A stretch of 64,000 nucleotides of DNA from Alphaproteobacteria bacterium (lineage in GTDB: Bacteria > Pseudomonadota > Alphaproteobacteria > SP197), in NCBI GenBank assembly GCA_965228895.1, contig OZ245842.1:2944001-3008000 (forward strand), written 5' to 3'. Under the pieces are notes generated by a model that was not told the origin of the DNA, did no database searches, and saw only the letters and a program-made list of their open reading frames with translations. Shown piece after piece: positions 26,721 to 36,304 of the stretch. The translations under genes were made by a program, and so were the position numbers. The stretch's first letter is position 1. Every line of letters starts with the position of its first letter.

Positions 26721-29715
26721 GCAACCGCTCCCCTTCCGGATCGAAGAAAACGGGATCGACGATCTTGGCGCGCACAACCTTGTCTTCCAACGGCAGGGAG
26801 ACGGTTTGGCCGATACGGGAACGCCCGCTCTTGATCAGCGCGAGGGCGATCGAACGACCACAATTGGGGCTCCAGTAGCTCGACGAGACCCAACCTTCCA
26901 TCGGCACCGGCGGCGGCGCGTTGGGCGTCGGCGAGATATGCGCGCCTTCGGGCAGCACGATATTGGGGTCTTCCGTCTCCAACCCAACAAGCTGTTTGCG
27001 GTCCTGGCGTTCGGTGTCGGGCCGACCCAAGCCACGCTTGCCCAGGAAGTCCGGCTTCTTCTTGCTGACGATCCAATCCATGCCGAGATCGTAGGGCGTG
27101 GTCGTGCCGTCGGTATCCTGACCGGCGATAATGAACCCCTTCTCCGCGCGCAGCACATGCATGGCCTCGGTGCCGTAGGGCGTGATCGCGTACTTTTCGC
27201 CGACGGTCATCAGCGCGTTCCACAGCGCGAGCCCGTAACTCGCGGGCACCTGCACCTCGAAGCCGAGCTCACCGGAGAAACTGATACGGAAGATGCGCGC
27301 GGGAATGCCGGCGACCTCGCCGTCCTGCCACGCCATGAACGGGAACGCTTCGGTGGAGAAATCGACGCCGGTGGTCAGTTCTTCAACCAGTTTGCGGCTG
27401 TTTGGCCCGGCAATCGCGATGGCGGCCCAGTGGGTGGTGACCGAGGTGCAATAGACCTCCAGATCCGTCCACTCGCATTGCAGCCACTCTTCGAGCCAAT
27501 TGAGAACCGTCGGCGCGCCGCCGGTGGTCGTGCTCATCAGAAAGTGGTTCTCGCCGATGCGCGACGTCACGCCATCGTCGAAGACCATGCCGTCGTCCTT
27601 GCACATCAGGCCGTAACGGCAGCGCCCAACAGCGAGCTTCGAGAACGCATTGGTGTAGACACGGTTGATCAGCTCGACCGCATCCGGCCCCTGGATGTCG
27701 ATCTTGCCGAGCGTGCTGGCGTCGAGGATACCGACGGAGGCGCGCGCGGCTTCGACCTCGCGGTTAACCGCATCGGCGACGCTCTCGCCGTCGCGTAGGT
27801 AGCAGTAGGGTCGTTTCCACTGCCCGACGTCCTCAAACTTGGCGCCGTTCTGTTCGTGCCAGACATGCATCGGCGTCTTGCGGATGGGATCGAGCAGGTC
27901 AGCGCCCGTATCCTGGCCAGCAATCGCCCCGATGGTTGTCGCCGTATAGAACGGACGGAAGGTGGTGTGGCCGACCTCCGGGATCGGTTCCTCCCGCGTT
28001 TCCGCCAGGATGGCCAGCGCGTTGACGTTCGAGGTCTTGCCCTGGTCCGTACCCATGCCGGTCGTGGTGTAGCGCTTGAAGTGTTCGACCGAGCGGTAGT
28101 TTTCGCGCACCGCCAGACCGACATCCGCGGCGGTGACATCGTTCTGGAAATCCAGGAACTTCTTGGCGCCCTTGCGGTCCGTCGGGATCGACCAGATGGC
28201 GCGTGGCGCGCCGACGTCTTCGTCGTCGACCGCCGGTACACTGTCCATAGCATCGACCGTTTTGCCGGCTGCCTCGGCCGCGGCTCTCCCGGCGGCGGCA
28301 CCGCCCGAGAGACAGGCACTCACGGCAAAGTCGCCATTCGCGGCGCCGACGCTTGTCTCGGCCTGGCGCGACACATCCGGGCGGAACAGGCTCATGGTCT
28401 CGTCCCAGCGCAGCTTGCCGCCGGATTGGGAATAGAGATGGACCGTGGGGTTCCAGCCGCCGGACATCATGAGGAGATCGCAGGCGATGGTGCGCTTGGT
28501 GCCGCGGACGGCCTTGCCGTCATCGGTCAACGGGATGACATCAACCTGATTGACGCGTTTGTCGCCGCGCGTACCGGTAATGCCGCTGCCCGCCAGGATC
28601 TCGATATCACGGCCGCGCGCCTGTGTTGCCAGCGGTCCGTCGACCTTGGATCTAAGATCGACGATCGCCGCGATTTTGACGCCGCCATCGGCCGCATCAA
28701 GCGCCGCGCGATAACCGGACTCGTTGTTGGTCAAGACCACCGCGTTGTCGCCAGGGCGCACGCCGAAACGATTCACATAGGTACGCGCGGCGCTGGCCAG
28801 CATGATGCCGGGCCGATCGTTTTCGGCGAACACGAGCGGGCGCTCGAGCGCGCCGGTCGCCAGGATCACGTGGCGCGCGCGGATCTTCCACAAACGTTGG
28901 CGCGGTCCGTGCCGTTCGGCCCGTGGCAGATGGTCGCTCAGCCGTTCGACGGCGATCAGATAGTTGTGGTCCTGATAGGCGACCACCGTGGTGCGCGGCA
29001 ACAGCGAAACCTCCGGCATAGCCGCAAGCTCATCGGTCGTCTGGTCGACCCACTCGGTAGCCTGTTCGCCGCCAATGCTGGCCCGGCTCGACAAGAGCGA
29101 ACCGCCAAATGCCATCTGTTCGTCGGCCAGCATGACACGCGCACCGGCTCGCCCAGCAGCCAACGCCGCCGACAGGCCGGCGGGCCCGCCACCGACCACC
29201 AGGACGTCGCAGAAGGCATAGCGTTTTTCGTAGGTGTCGGGATCGGCCTCGCGCGGCGCCTTACCCAGACCGGCAGCGCGGCGGATGACCTTTTCGTAAA
29301 GCATCCACGCGGCTTCCGGCCACATAAATGTCTTGTAGTAGAAACCGGCGGGCAGGAACTTCGACAGGTGATTGTTGATCGACTGGATGTCGAAGTTGAC
29401 GCTGGGCCAGCAGTTCTGGCTGGCGCCGACCAGGCCATCGAACAGCTCAATCTGGGTCGCGCGGATGTTGGGCTCGGTCTCGCCGCCTTGCCCCAGCTGA
29501 ACCAGCGCATTCGGTTCTTCCGGGCCGGCCGTCACGATGCCGCGCGGGCGATGATACTTGAAGCTGCGCCCGACCAGATGGACGCCATTGGCAAGCAACG
29601 CCGACGCCAGCGTGTCGCCGGGGTAGCCGAGATAACGGTCGCCGTCATAGGTAAAGGCGAGTTCGCGGCTGCGATCGATCAGGCCGCCTTCGGCATTGCG
29701 GAACGACTGGCTCAT
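26713..29715 (-). CDS. soxA: Sarcosine oxidase alpha subunit
   Basis: GDTLASALLANG, GRSFKYHRPRG, KRYTTTGMGTDQGK, GcvT-like C-terminal half; 1000 aa. Confidence 0.96.
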   Translation of the reverse strand: MSQSFRNAEGGLIDRSRELAFTYDGDRYLGYPGDTLASALLANGVHLVGRSFKYHRPRGIVTAGPEEPNALVQLGQGGETEPNIRATQIELFDGLVGASQNCWPSVNFDIQSINNHLSKFLPAGFYYKTFMWPEAAWMLYEKVIRRAAGLGKAPREADPDTYEKRYAFCDVLVVGGGPAGLSAALAAGRAGARVMLADEQMAFGGSLLSSRASIGGEQATEWVDQTTDELAAMPEVSLLPRTTVVAYQDHNYLIAVERLSDHLPRAERHGPRQRLWKIRARHVILATGALERPLVFAENDRPGIMLASAARTYVNRFGVRPGDNAVVLTNNESGYRAALDAADGGVKIAAIVDLRSKVDGPLATQARGRDIEILAGSGITGTRGDKRVNQVDVIPLTDDGKAVRGTKRTIACDLLMMSGGWNPTVHLYSQSGGKLRWDETMSLFRPDVSRQAETSVGAANGDFAVSACLSGGAAAGRAAAEAAGKTVDAMDSVPAVDDEDVGAPRAIWSIPTDRKGAKKFLDFQNDVTAADVGLAVRENYRSVEHFKRYTTTGMGTDQGKTSNVNALAILAETREEPIPEVGHTTFRPFYTATTIGAIAGQDTGADLLDPIRKTPMHVWHEQNGAKFEDVGQWKRPYCYLRDGESVADAVNREVEAARASVGILDASTLGKIDIQGPDAVELINRVYTNAFSKLAVGRCRYGLMCKDDGMVFDDGVTSRIGENHFLMSTTTGGAPTVLNWLEEWLQCEWTDLEVYCTSVTTHWAAIAIAGPNSRKLVEELTTGVDFSTEAFPFMAWQDGEVAGIPARIFRISFSGELGFEVQVPASYGLALWNALMTVGEKYAITPYGTEAMHVLRAEKGFIIAGQDTDGTTTPYDLGMDWIVSKKKPDFLGKRGLGRPDTERQDRKQLVGLETEDPNIVLPEGAHISPTPNAPPPVPMEGWVSSSYWSPNCGRSIALALIKSGRSRIGQTVSLPLEDKVVRAKIVDPVFFDPEGERLRG

Positions 29716-29999
29716 GCGCCGTCTCCGTCAAGCGTCGGCCTGGGCTCGGTGATGCCGTAGACCTTCAAGACCTCATGGCTCACCGTCGAGCGCGCGATAT
29801 GGAACCACTTTCGGCACCCATGGGCGTGGAACCAACGCTCGAAGTGAACGCCCTTCGGGTTCTCGCGCATGAAAAGGTAATCGCCCCATTGGGCATCGCT
29901 CGCGATATCCGGGTCGGGCCGCACGATGTGGCCTTCGCCGCCGCAGGAGAACTCCGTCTGCGCGCGTGGACCGCACCAGGGGCATGGAATGACAAGCAT
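29712..29999 (-). CDS. soxD: Sarcosine oxidase delta subunit
   Basis: IPCPWCGPR..EF, ERWxHxxGC. Confidence 0.96.
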   Translation of the reverse strand: MLVIPCPWCGPRAQTEFSCGGEGHIVRPDPDIASDAQWGDYLFMRENPKGVHFERWFHAHGCRKWFHIARSTVSHEVLKVYGITEPRPTLDGDGA

Positions 30000-30011
30000 C
30001 GCGTCGCCTCC

Positions 30012-31268
30012 CTAGTGCGCCACCGCGGCGGCGCCGTGTTCGTCGATCAGGAACCCGGTCTCGAAGCGTTTGAGGTCGAAGGCTTCGTTGATCTTGTGCG
30101 GCCGGTCCTGGGCGATGGTATGGGCAAAGACCCAGCCGGAGCCCGGCGTCGCCTTGAAACCGCCGGTGCCCCAACCGCAGTTGATGTAGAAGCCGTCGAC
30201 CGGGGTTTTGGAAATGATCGGGCTGGCATCCGGGCACGTGTCGACGATGCCGCCCCAGGTGCGCATGATCTTGAGCCGGCTCACGATCGGGTAAAGATCC
30301 TTCAGCGCCTCGATCTGGTGTTCAATGACATCGAACGATCCGCGCTGGGCATAGGAGAGATAAGGATCGATGCCGGCGCCCAGCACCAGTTCGCCCTTGT
30401 CGGACTGGCTGACATAGACATGGACGGTGTTCGACATGATGACCGTGTCGATCACCGGCTTGATCGGCTCCGACACCATCGCCTGCAGCGGGTGGCTTTC
30501 GACCGGCAGGCGCAGGCCCGCCATCGCCGCGACTACCGAGGCATGACCGGCGACAACGGCGCCGATCTTCTTGGCGCGGATTGTGCCGCGATTGGTCTCG
30601 ACGCCGGTCACCGCGCCGTTCTCGATGTTGATGCCGGTGACTTCGCAGTTCTGGATGATATCGATGCCGGCCTCGTCGGCGCGCCGCGCGTAGCCCCAGG
30701 CGACGGCGTCGTGGCGCGCGGTCCCGGCGCGTCGTTGCATGGCGCCGCCCAACACGGGATAGCGGATGTTTTTGGAGATATTGATGATCGGCGCGATCTG
30801 CTTGATCTGGGCGGGCGTCACCATCTCGTAGTCGATGCCGTTCAGACGGCAAGCATGGCCGCGCCGGGTCAGTTCCTTCAGATCATGTTCGTTGTGCGCC
30901 AGATTGATAACGCCGCGCTGGGAGAACATGACGTTGTAGTTGAGGTCCTGGGAAAGGCCTTCCCACAGCTTCAGCGACTTTTCATAGAGATGGGCGCTTT
31001 CGTCCCACAGGTAGTTGGACCGCACGATCGTTGTGTTGCGCCCGGTATTGCCACCGCCCAGCCAGCCTTTTTCCAGCACCGCGACATTGGTGATGCCGTG
31101 TTCCTTGGCCAGATAGTACGCGGACGCCAGGCCGTGGCCACCGCCGCCGATGACAATGACATCGTATTCCGGCTTCGGGTCGGGGCTGCGCCACGCCTGA
31201 GGCCAGTTCTGATGGTAGTCGCGGGCCTGCCGAAGCAGGCTGAAAATGGAATACTTCACCTTGGCCAT
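30012..31268 (-). CDS. soxB: Sarcosine oxidase beta subunit
   Basis: [48 protein letters not shown]. Confidence 0.97.
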   Translation of the reverse strand: MAKVKYSIFSLLRQARDYHQNWPQAWRSPDPKPEYDVIVIGGGGHGLASAYYLAKEHGITNVAVLEKGWLGGGNTGRNTTIVRSNYLWDESAHLYEKSLKLWEGLSQDLNYNVMFSQRGVINLAHNEHDLKELTRRGHACRLNGIDYEMVTPAQIKQIAPIINISKNIRYPVLGGAMQRRAGTARHDAVAWGYARRADEAGIDIIQNCEVTGINIENGAVTGVETNRGTIRAKKIGAVVAGHASVVAAMAGLRLPVESHPLQAMVSEPIKPVIDTVIMSNTVHVYVSQSDKGELVLGAGIDPYLSYAQRGSFDVIEHQIEALKDLYPIVSRLKIMRTWGGIVDTCPDASPIISKTPVDGFYINCGWGTGGFKATPGSGWVFAHTIAQDRPHKINEAFDLKRFETGFLIDEHGAAAVAH

Positions 31269-31385
31269 TGCGCCTCTGCCCACGCCGCAATCCGGCCGGC
31301 ACGATCGTCATTCCGGCGCTGCAAGCTAGCGACGGCCGCCGGGCCGAATTGGCCCGGGAACGACACGGTTTGCCCGATTTGCGCG

Positions 31386-33479
31386 CTACTCGGCGGCGTC
31401 TTTCGCATCGGTGAAGATTGGCTCCACCTGCTTCAATTCGCTGATCTCGATGTGGCACTTGATGACGTGCCCGGGCTCGACCTCTTTGTCCGGCGGCACT
31501 TCTTCATCGCAGATCTTGCCGAGGTAACGCGGACAACGGGTCGAGAAGCGGCAGCCTTTGGGCGGGTTGATGACGCTGGGCATCTCGCCTTCAAGCCGGA
31601 TACGCTTCTGTTTGACGTCCGGGTCGGGGATCGGCACCGCCGACAGCAGCGCCTCCGTATAGGGATGGTATGGCGGATTGAAGATCGTGTCCGCCGGGCC
31701 GGACTCCATGATCTGGCCGAGATACATGACGACGATGTCGTCGGAGATGAACCGCACGACGCTGAGGTCATGGCTGATGAAGAGCAGCGTCGTGTTGTAT
31801 TCGGCCTGCACCTCGTTCAGCAGATTGATGACCGCAGCCTGGACCGAAACATCGAGCGCGGAAACCGGCTCGTCGGCGATCACCATGCTGGGATTGCCGG
31901 CAAACGCGCGCGCGACCGCGATGCGCTGTTTCTGACCACCGGAAAGCTGGCGCGGTTTACGCGTCGAAAAGGCCGGGGGCAAGCGCACGATGTTCAGCAT
32001 GTCGGCGACGCGCTGACGCACCTTGCTGCCGCTCGATTCGATGCCGAACTTCTTGATCACCCGTCCGATGCAGTAGCCGACCGAATGGCTGGGATTGAGC
32101 GTGCCGTCCGGATTCTGGAACACCATCTGCAAGGCACGGATCAATTTTTGATCGCGTTTGCTGACCGGCACGACGCCGATGTTTTTGCCCTCGAAGTCGA
32201 TCGAGCCGGCAGTCGCCGTTTCCAGACCGGTGAGCACCTTGGCGAATGTCGACTTGCCGCAGCCGGACTCGCCGACGATGGCGATCGTCTTGCCCCTCGA
32301 AGCGTCGAAGTTGAGCTCCTCGTTCGCCTTCACGTAGCGCACACCCTGGCCGGAGAACAGCGCCTTCAACGAACTATCGCGCTGCTCGTAAAACTTGCTC
32401 ATGCCGCGCACATGCAGCACCGGCGCAATATCCTCGCCGGACGCCACCGCCGAGCTCGCGGTTGACGCCACGTGCTCGATTTCGTCCATGCGCAGGCATC
32501 GCGCGCGATGGGTTGCACTGCTGTCGATCGTCTCGATGGGGATTTCGCCCTGATCGCAACGACCGGCGGAGAAATACTTACAGCGCGGCCCAAAAGCACA
32601 ACCCGGCGGACGTTCGTGGGGCAGCGATACCTGACCGGGAATCGGTTCCAGCATGCGCGCGTGTTTGTCGGCACTGAGGGTCGGAATGCAGTCGAAGAGA
32701 CCGAACGTGTAAGGATGTTTGGTCTTCTTGAACAACTCGTCGATCGTGCCCTCTTCGACCATCTGTCCGGAGTACATGACACCGACGCGGTCGCACACCT
32801 TCACGATCAGGCCCAGGTTGTGGGAGATGTAGAGCAGCGTTGTGTTGAACTTCTCCCGCAATGCCGCGATCAAATCGATTACCGTGGCCTCGACCGTCAC
32901 GTCAAGCGCGGTCGTCGGCTCGTCGAGCAGCAGCAGCGACGGGTTCGACAGCATCGCCATCGCGATGACAACTCGCTGTTGCTGTCCGCCCGAAATCTGA
33001 TGCGGATAGCGCGCCATGACCGATGTCGGGTCGGGCATGTTGACGTCGCGCAGCATCTGGACGCAGCGGTCATAGGCCTCCTTGTCGGAGACGCCTTCGT
33101 GGAAAATCAGGACTTCCTTGAGCTGCGTGCCGATGGTGAGGCTCGGATTGAGCGCGCTCATCGGCTCCTGATAGACCATGGCGATCTTCGAACCGCGGAT
33201 ATCGCGCAGCTCCTCTTCCGACATGGTCGCCATGTCGCGACCTTCAAAGCTGACAGATCCGCGGACGATGCCACCGTTGGAGCCCAGATAGTTCATGATC
33301 GCCATGGCGACCGTCGACTTGCCGCACCCGGACTCGCCGACCAGGCCGTAACTTTCACCGCGTTTGAGCGTCAATGAGAAGTCCGGCACAGCCGGAATCT
33401 CTCCGATACGGGTGAAGTAGGAGATCCCGAGATCCTTGATCTCCAGAACGATGTCGTCGCTTGATTGTGTTTCTGACAT
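31386..33479 (-). CDS. Peptide/nickel-type ABC transporter, fused double ATP-binding protein
   Basis: Two GESGCGKS Walker A motifs, two (I/L)SGGQ signatures, HPYT and Cys-rich oligopeptide C-terminal domains. Confidence 0.95.
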   Translation of the reverse strand: MSETQSSDDIVLEIKDLGISYFTRIGEIPAVPDFSLTLKRGESYGLVGESGCGKSTVAMAIMNYLGSNGGIVRGSVSFEGRDMATMSEEELRDIRGSKIAMVYQEPMSALNPSLTIGTQLKEVLIFHEGVSDKEAYDRCVQMLRDVNMPDPTSVMARYPHQISGGQQQRVVIAMAMLSNPSLLLLDEPTTALDVTVEATVIDLIAALREKFNTTLLYISHNLGLIVKVCDRVGVMYSGQMVEEGTIDELFKKTKHPYTFGLFDCIPTLSADKHARMLEPIPGQVSLPHERPPGCAFGPRCKYFSAGRCDQGEIPIETIDSSATHRARCLRMDEIEHVASTASSAVASGEDIAPVLHVRGMSKFYEQRDSSLKALFSGQGVRYVKANEELNFDASRGKTIAIVGESGCGKSTFAKVLTGLETATAGSIDFEGKNIGVVPVSKRDQKLIRALQMVFQNPDGTLNPSHSVGYCIGRVIKKFGIESSGSKVRQRVADMLNIVRLPPAFSTRKPRQLSGGQKQRIAVARAFAGNPSMVIADEPVSALDVSVQAAVINLLNEVQAEYNTTLLFISHDLSVVRFISDDIVVMYLGQIMESGPADTIFNPPYHPYTEALLSAVPIPDPDVKQKRIRLEGEMPSVINPPKGCRFSTRCPRYLGKICDEEVPPDKEVEPGHVIKCHIEISELKQVEPIFTDAKDAAE

Positions 33480-33483
33480 GGCC

Positions 33484-34392
33484 TCAGTCCCTCAGCGAAA
33501 TTTCGCGCAGGCCGTCGGCCAGCAGGTTGAACCCGATCACCAGGCTGGAAATGGCGATAGACGGGAAGATCGCCATGTAGGGATGGGTAATGATCAGAGC
33601 ACGCGACTCCGCGACCATGCCGCCCCAATCGGGATCCGGCGGCGGCAAGCCAAGTCCGAGGAAACCCAGAACGCCGATGGCGATGATCGTATAGCCCATG
33701 CGCAGGCACGCATCGACGATGATCGGTCCGCGTGCGTTGGGCAGCAACTCGACGATCATAATGTAGAAGCTGTTCTCACCACGGATCTGCGCCGCCGAGA
33801 CGTATTCCAGGCTGCGGATATCGAGCACCAGGCCGCGCACAATACGCGCGATCGCCGGCGCCGCCGCCGCTGTCACCGCGACGACCACGTTGATCGCAGA
33901 GGGGCCGAAAGCCGACAGCAGCACGATGAACAGGATGATCAGCGGAAACGACAGGATGATGTTGACGACCCAGCTGACCAGACCGTCGATCCAGCCGCCG
34001 AAGTAGCCCGACAGCACGCCAAGCGCGATGCCGACGATATAGGCAACGACCATCGCCAGCGGTGCGACGGACAAGATGCGCTGCGCGCCATAAAAAATGC
34101 GCGACAGGATGTCACGACCGCTCAGGTCCGTGCCCAGCAAATGGGCGCCCGACGGCCCCTGCATGATCGCCAGGTAGTCGGCCTCGTTGGGATCATAGGG
34201 TGCGAGTACCGGCGCAAAGATCGCGATGATCACCCAGAACAGGACGATGCCGACGCCAACCATGGCGGCCCATGATTCGCGCAGCAGGCCGATATTGTAG
34301 AAGAGCTTCGCGAACCCCTGGCGATCGGGCTGCTCGGAGCTTTTCGGTGCACCCGCCGTGGGTGCCGCCTGATCTTGTGCTTGATCTGTCAT
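33484..34392 (-). CDS. ABC permease (DppC/OppC-like)
   Basis: HLLGTDxxGRD, EYVSAA, LGFLGLG. Confidence 0.93.
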   Translation of the reverse strand: MTDQAQDQAAPTAGAPKSSEQPDRQGFAKLFYNIGLLRESWAAMVGVGIVLFWVIIAIFAPVLAPYDPNEADYLAIMQGPSGAHLLGTDLSGRDILSRIFYGAQRILSVAPLAMVVAYIVGIALGVLSGYFGGWIDGLVSWVVNIILSFPLIILFIVLLSAFGPSAINVVVAVTAAAAPAIARIVRGLVLDIRSLEYVSAAQIRGENSFYIMIVELLPNARGPIIVDACLRMGYTIIAIGVLGFLGLGLPPPDPDWGGMVAESRALIITHPYMAIFPSIAISSLVIGFNLLADGLREISLRD

Positions 34393-34402
34393 GGCCGCCC
34401 CC

Positions 34403-35416
34403 TCACGTAAACCGGATACGCGGATTGATGTACATGTACCCGACATCGCCGATCAGCTGCGTCGTCACCGCAATGAAGACAGCGATCAGTGTCGCCGCCT
34501 CAACCAGCGTGACGTCGCCAAACAAGGCGGCCTCGAGAATCATCCGTCCGAACCCCGGATAACCGAACGCCACCTCGGTGACGACAACACCTGAAATCAG
34601 GAACGGGATCTGCAGCAGGATGACGGTGAACGGCGTGATCAACGCATTACGCAGCGCATGACGCAGGATCACCGTCTTATAGGGCAAACCCTTCAGGATT
34701 GCCGTGCGGATGTAAGGTTTGGTCATCACCTCGACCATGGAGCCGCGCACCATGCGCGCGACATACCCGAAGTCGTAGAGCACGAGCACGGCGACCGGCA
34801 GCACCATTTGCGATGCCCACGACCACTCGTCGAAACTCTGCATGCCGCTTGTACCGGGCAAAATGGTCAGCCAGGCAACAAAAATTGCCATCAGGAAAGT
34901 CGCCGAGGCGAACTCCGGTATCGATGTCAACGTTATGCCCGAATAGGACAAACTTCGGTCGAGTATGCTGCCTTCGCGCATACCCGACAGCACGCCGAAC
35001 ACAAGGGACAGTGGCACGATGATCGCAAATGCAATGCCCGCCAGGACCAGGGTGTTGCCCAAACGGTCCCAGATGATGTCGTTGACCGGCGCCTTATAAA
35101 GTGTCGAGTAACCGAAGTTGCCGATGTACTGCTTGCCGCGCGGGTCGGTGAAGTTGAGACCGAGATCGGGGTTTTGCAGCGGATCTTCGATCACACCGGT
35201 CAACACGCCCATCCACCGGGCGTAGCGCACCAACAGCGGATCACCCAGGCTCAGCTTCTCGTAGAGAATGTCTTTTTGCGCCTGGGTCGCGAAGGGTCCC
35301 AATGTCTTGCTCGCGACGTTGCCCGGCGAAAACTCGTAAAGCGCAAAAACCAGGAATGATGCGACGATCATCGTCACCAGCATCATGCCGAGCCGCCTTA
35401 AGAAAAAAAACAGCAT
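34403..35416 (-). CDS. ABC permease (DppB/OppB-like)
   Basis: SIPEF, YIRTAILKG, HALRNAL, ExxFGYPGxG. Confidence 0.93.
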   Translation of the reverse strand: MLFFFLRRLGMMLVTMIVASFLVFALYEFSPGNVASKTLGPFATQAQKDILYEKLSLGDPLLVRYARWMGVLTGVIEDPLQNPDLGLNFTDPRGKQYIGNFGYSTLYKAPVNDIIWDRLGNTLVLAGIAFAIIVPLSLVFGVLSGMREGSILDRSLSYSGITLTSIPEFASATFLMAIFVAWLTILPGTSGMQSFDEWSWASQMVLPVAVLVLYDFGYVARMVRGSMVEVMTKPYIRTAILKGLPYKTVILRHALRNALITPFTVILLQIPFLISGVVVTEVAFGYPGFGRMILEAALFGDVTLVEAATLIAVFIAVTTQLIGDVGYMYINPRIRFT

Positions 35417-35638
35417 TGCCCCTGCCCCAGTCGCCCATAGAACCCGCCCGTCTTCGTCGGCTTCTGCCGATCTTGCGGGCTAGGTTGGCGGGCATTTTGG
35501 GGACCACGCCCGGCCTTGTCCATAGCATCACCGGCAAATTCTGTTCCAAATCGACCGCTTGCACCCATCGTGACATCGCCCGTTGGCCATCGGTTACAGC
35601 CATTGCACAATGCGGTGCCAGCAACCTTGGGAGCGATC

Positions 35639-36301
35639 ATGGAGAAACCACAATCGGTCGCAGAATTGACCGAACTGGGCCGAATTCGGCTCTCTGAACA
35701 CTTTTTCATGCGCGAAATGCTCTATAGCGAGGTCGCCAACCATCATGGCGTACCGAACGTGCCGGATGATCCCGACACCGCGATCGCGGCAGGCAGAAAG
35801 TTGTGTGAAGAAATTTTGGAGCCGCTCTATCGCGCGTTCGGGCACGTGACGATCAGAAGCGCCTTTCGCAGCCGCGACCTCAATGGGTTTTGTCACGAAA
35901 AGCACATGGAACTTCTCGCGCGCGGCGAAGCCGACCACGCCTACTACTGCGCCAACAACGACTATAACCGGGCGCGACACGGCTGGGACCAGCGCGATGG
36001 CGACGGCTACGTGGGCGCGACGGTCTCAGCCGTCATCCCATGGTATCTGCCACGCTTCGAGGAAACCGGCGATCCGCGTCCGCTGGCCTGGTGGATCAAG
36101 GATCACATCCCGGCCTACGCGCAGGTCATGTTCTTTCCCTGGATGTGCGCCTTCAACATCCGTTGGTACGAGGGGCCGAGTACGAAACCGATCCAGATCG
36201 ACGACGGCGGGCCCGGCGACCTCGAACTCTTGACTGACACGTCGATGGAGAACTTCGACGCTGATCACAGCGCGCTTTATGAAGGTTTTCCGACACCGTA
36301 A
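35639..36301 (+). CDS. Peptidase M15-like hypothetical protein
   Basis: RLSEHFFMREMLYSE, LEPL, IRSAFRS..LN resemble the M15A N-terminus; Zn ligands not evident. Confidence 0.55.
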   Translation: MEKPQSVAELTELGRIRLSEHFFMREMLYSEVANHHGVPNVPDDPDTAIAAGRKLCEEILEPLYRAFGHVTIRSAFRSRDLNGFCHEKHMELLARGEADHAYYCANNDYNRARHGWDQRDGDGYVGATVSAVIPWYLPRFEETGDPRPLAWWIKDHIPAYAQVMFFPWMCAFNIRWYEGPSTKPIQIDDGGPGDLELLTDTSMENFDADHSALYEGFPTP

Positions 36302-36304
36302 ACG

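Noticed and set aside
35403-35410. T8 run in codons 3-5 of the permease as a phase-variation tract
   Set aside because: Short, in frame, and explained by Phe codons and the usual AT-rich gene start.
35541-35576. TGTCAC/GGTCGA pair upstream of the ABC operon as another GATR box
   Set aside because: Spacing is 19 bp rather than 21, so it was not counted.
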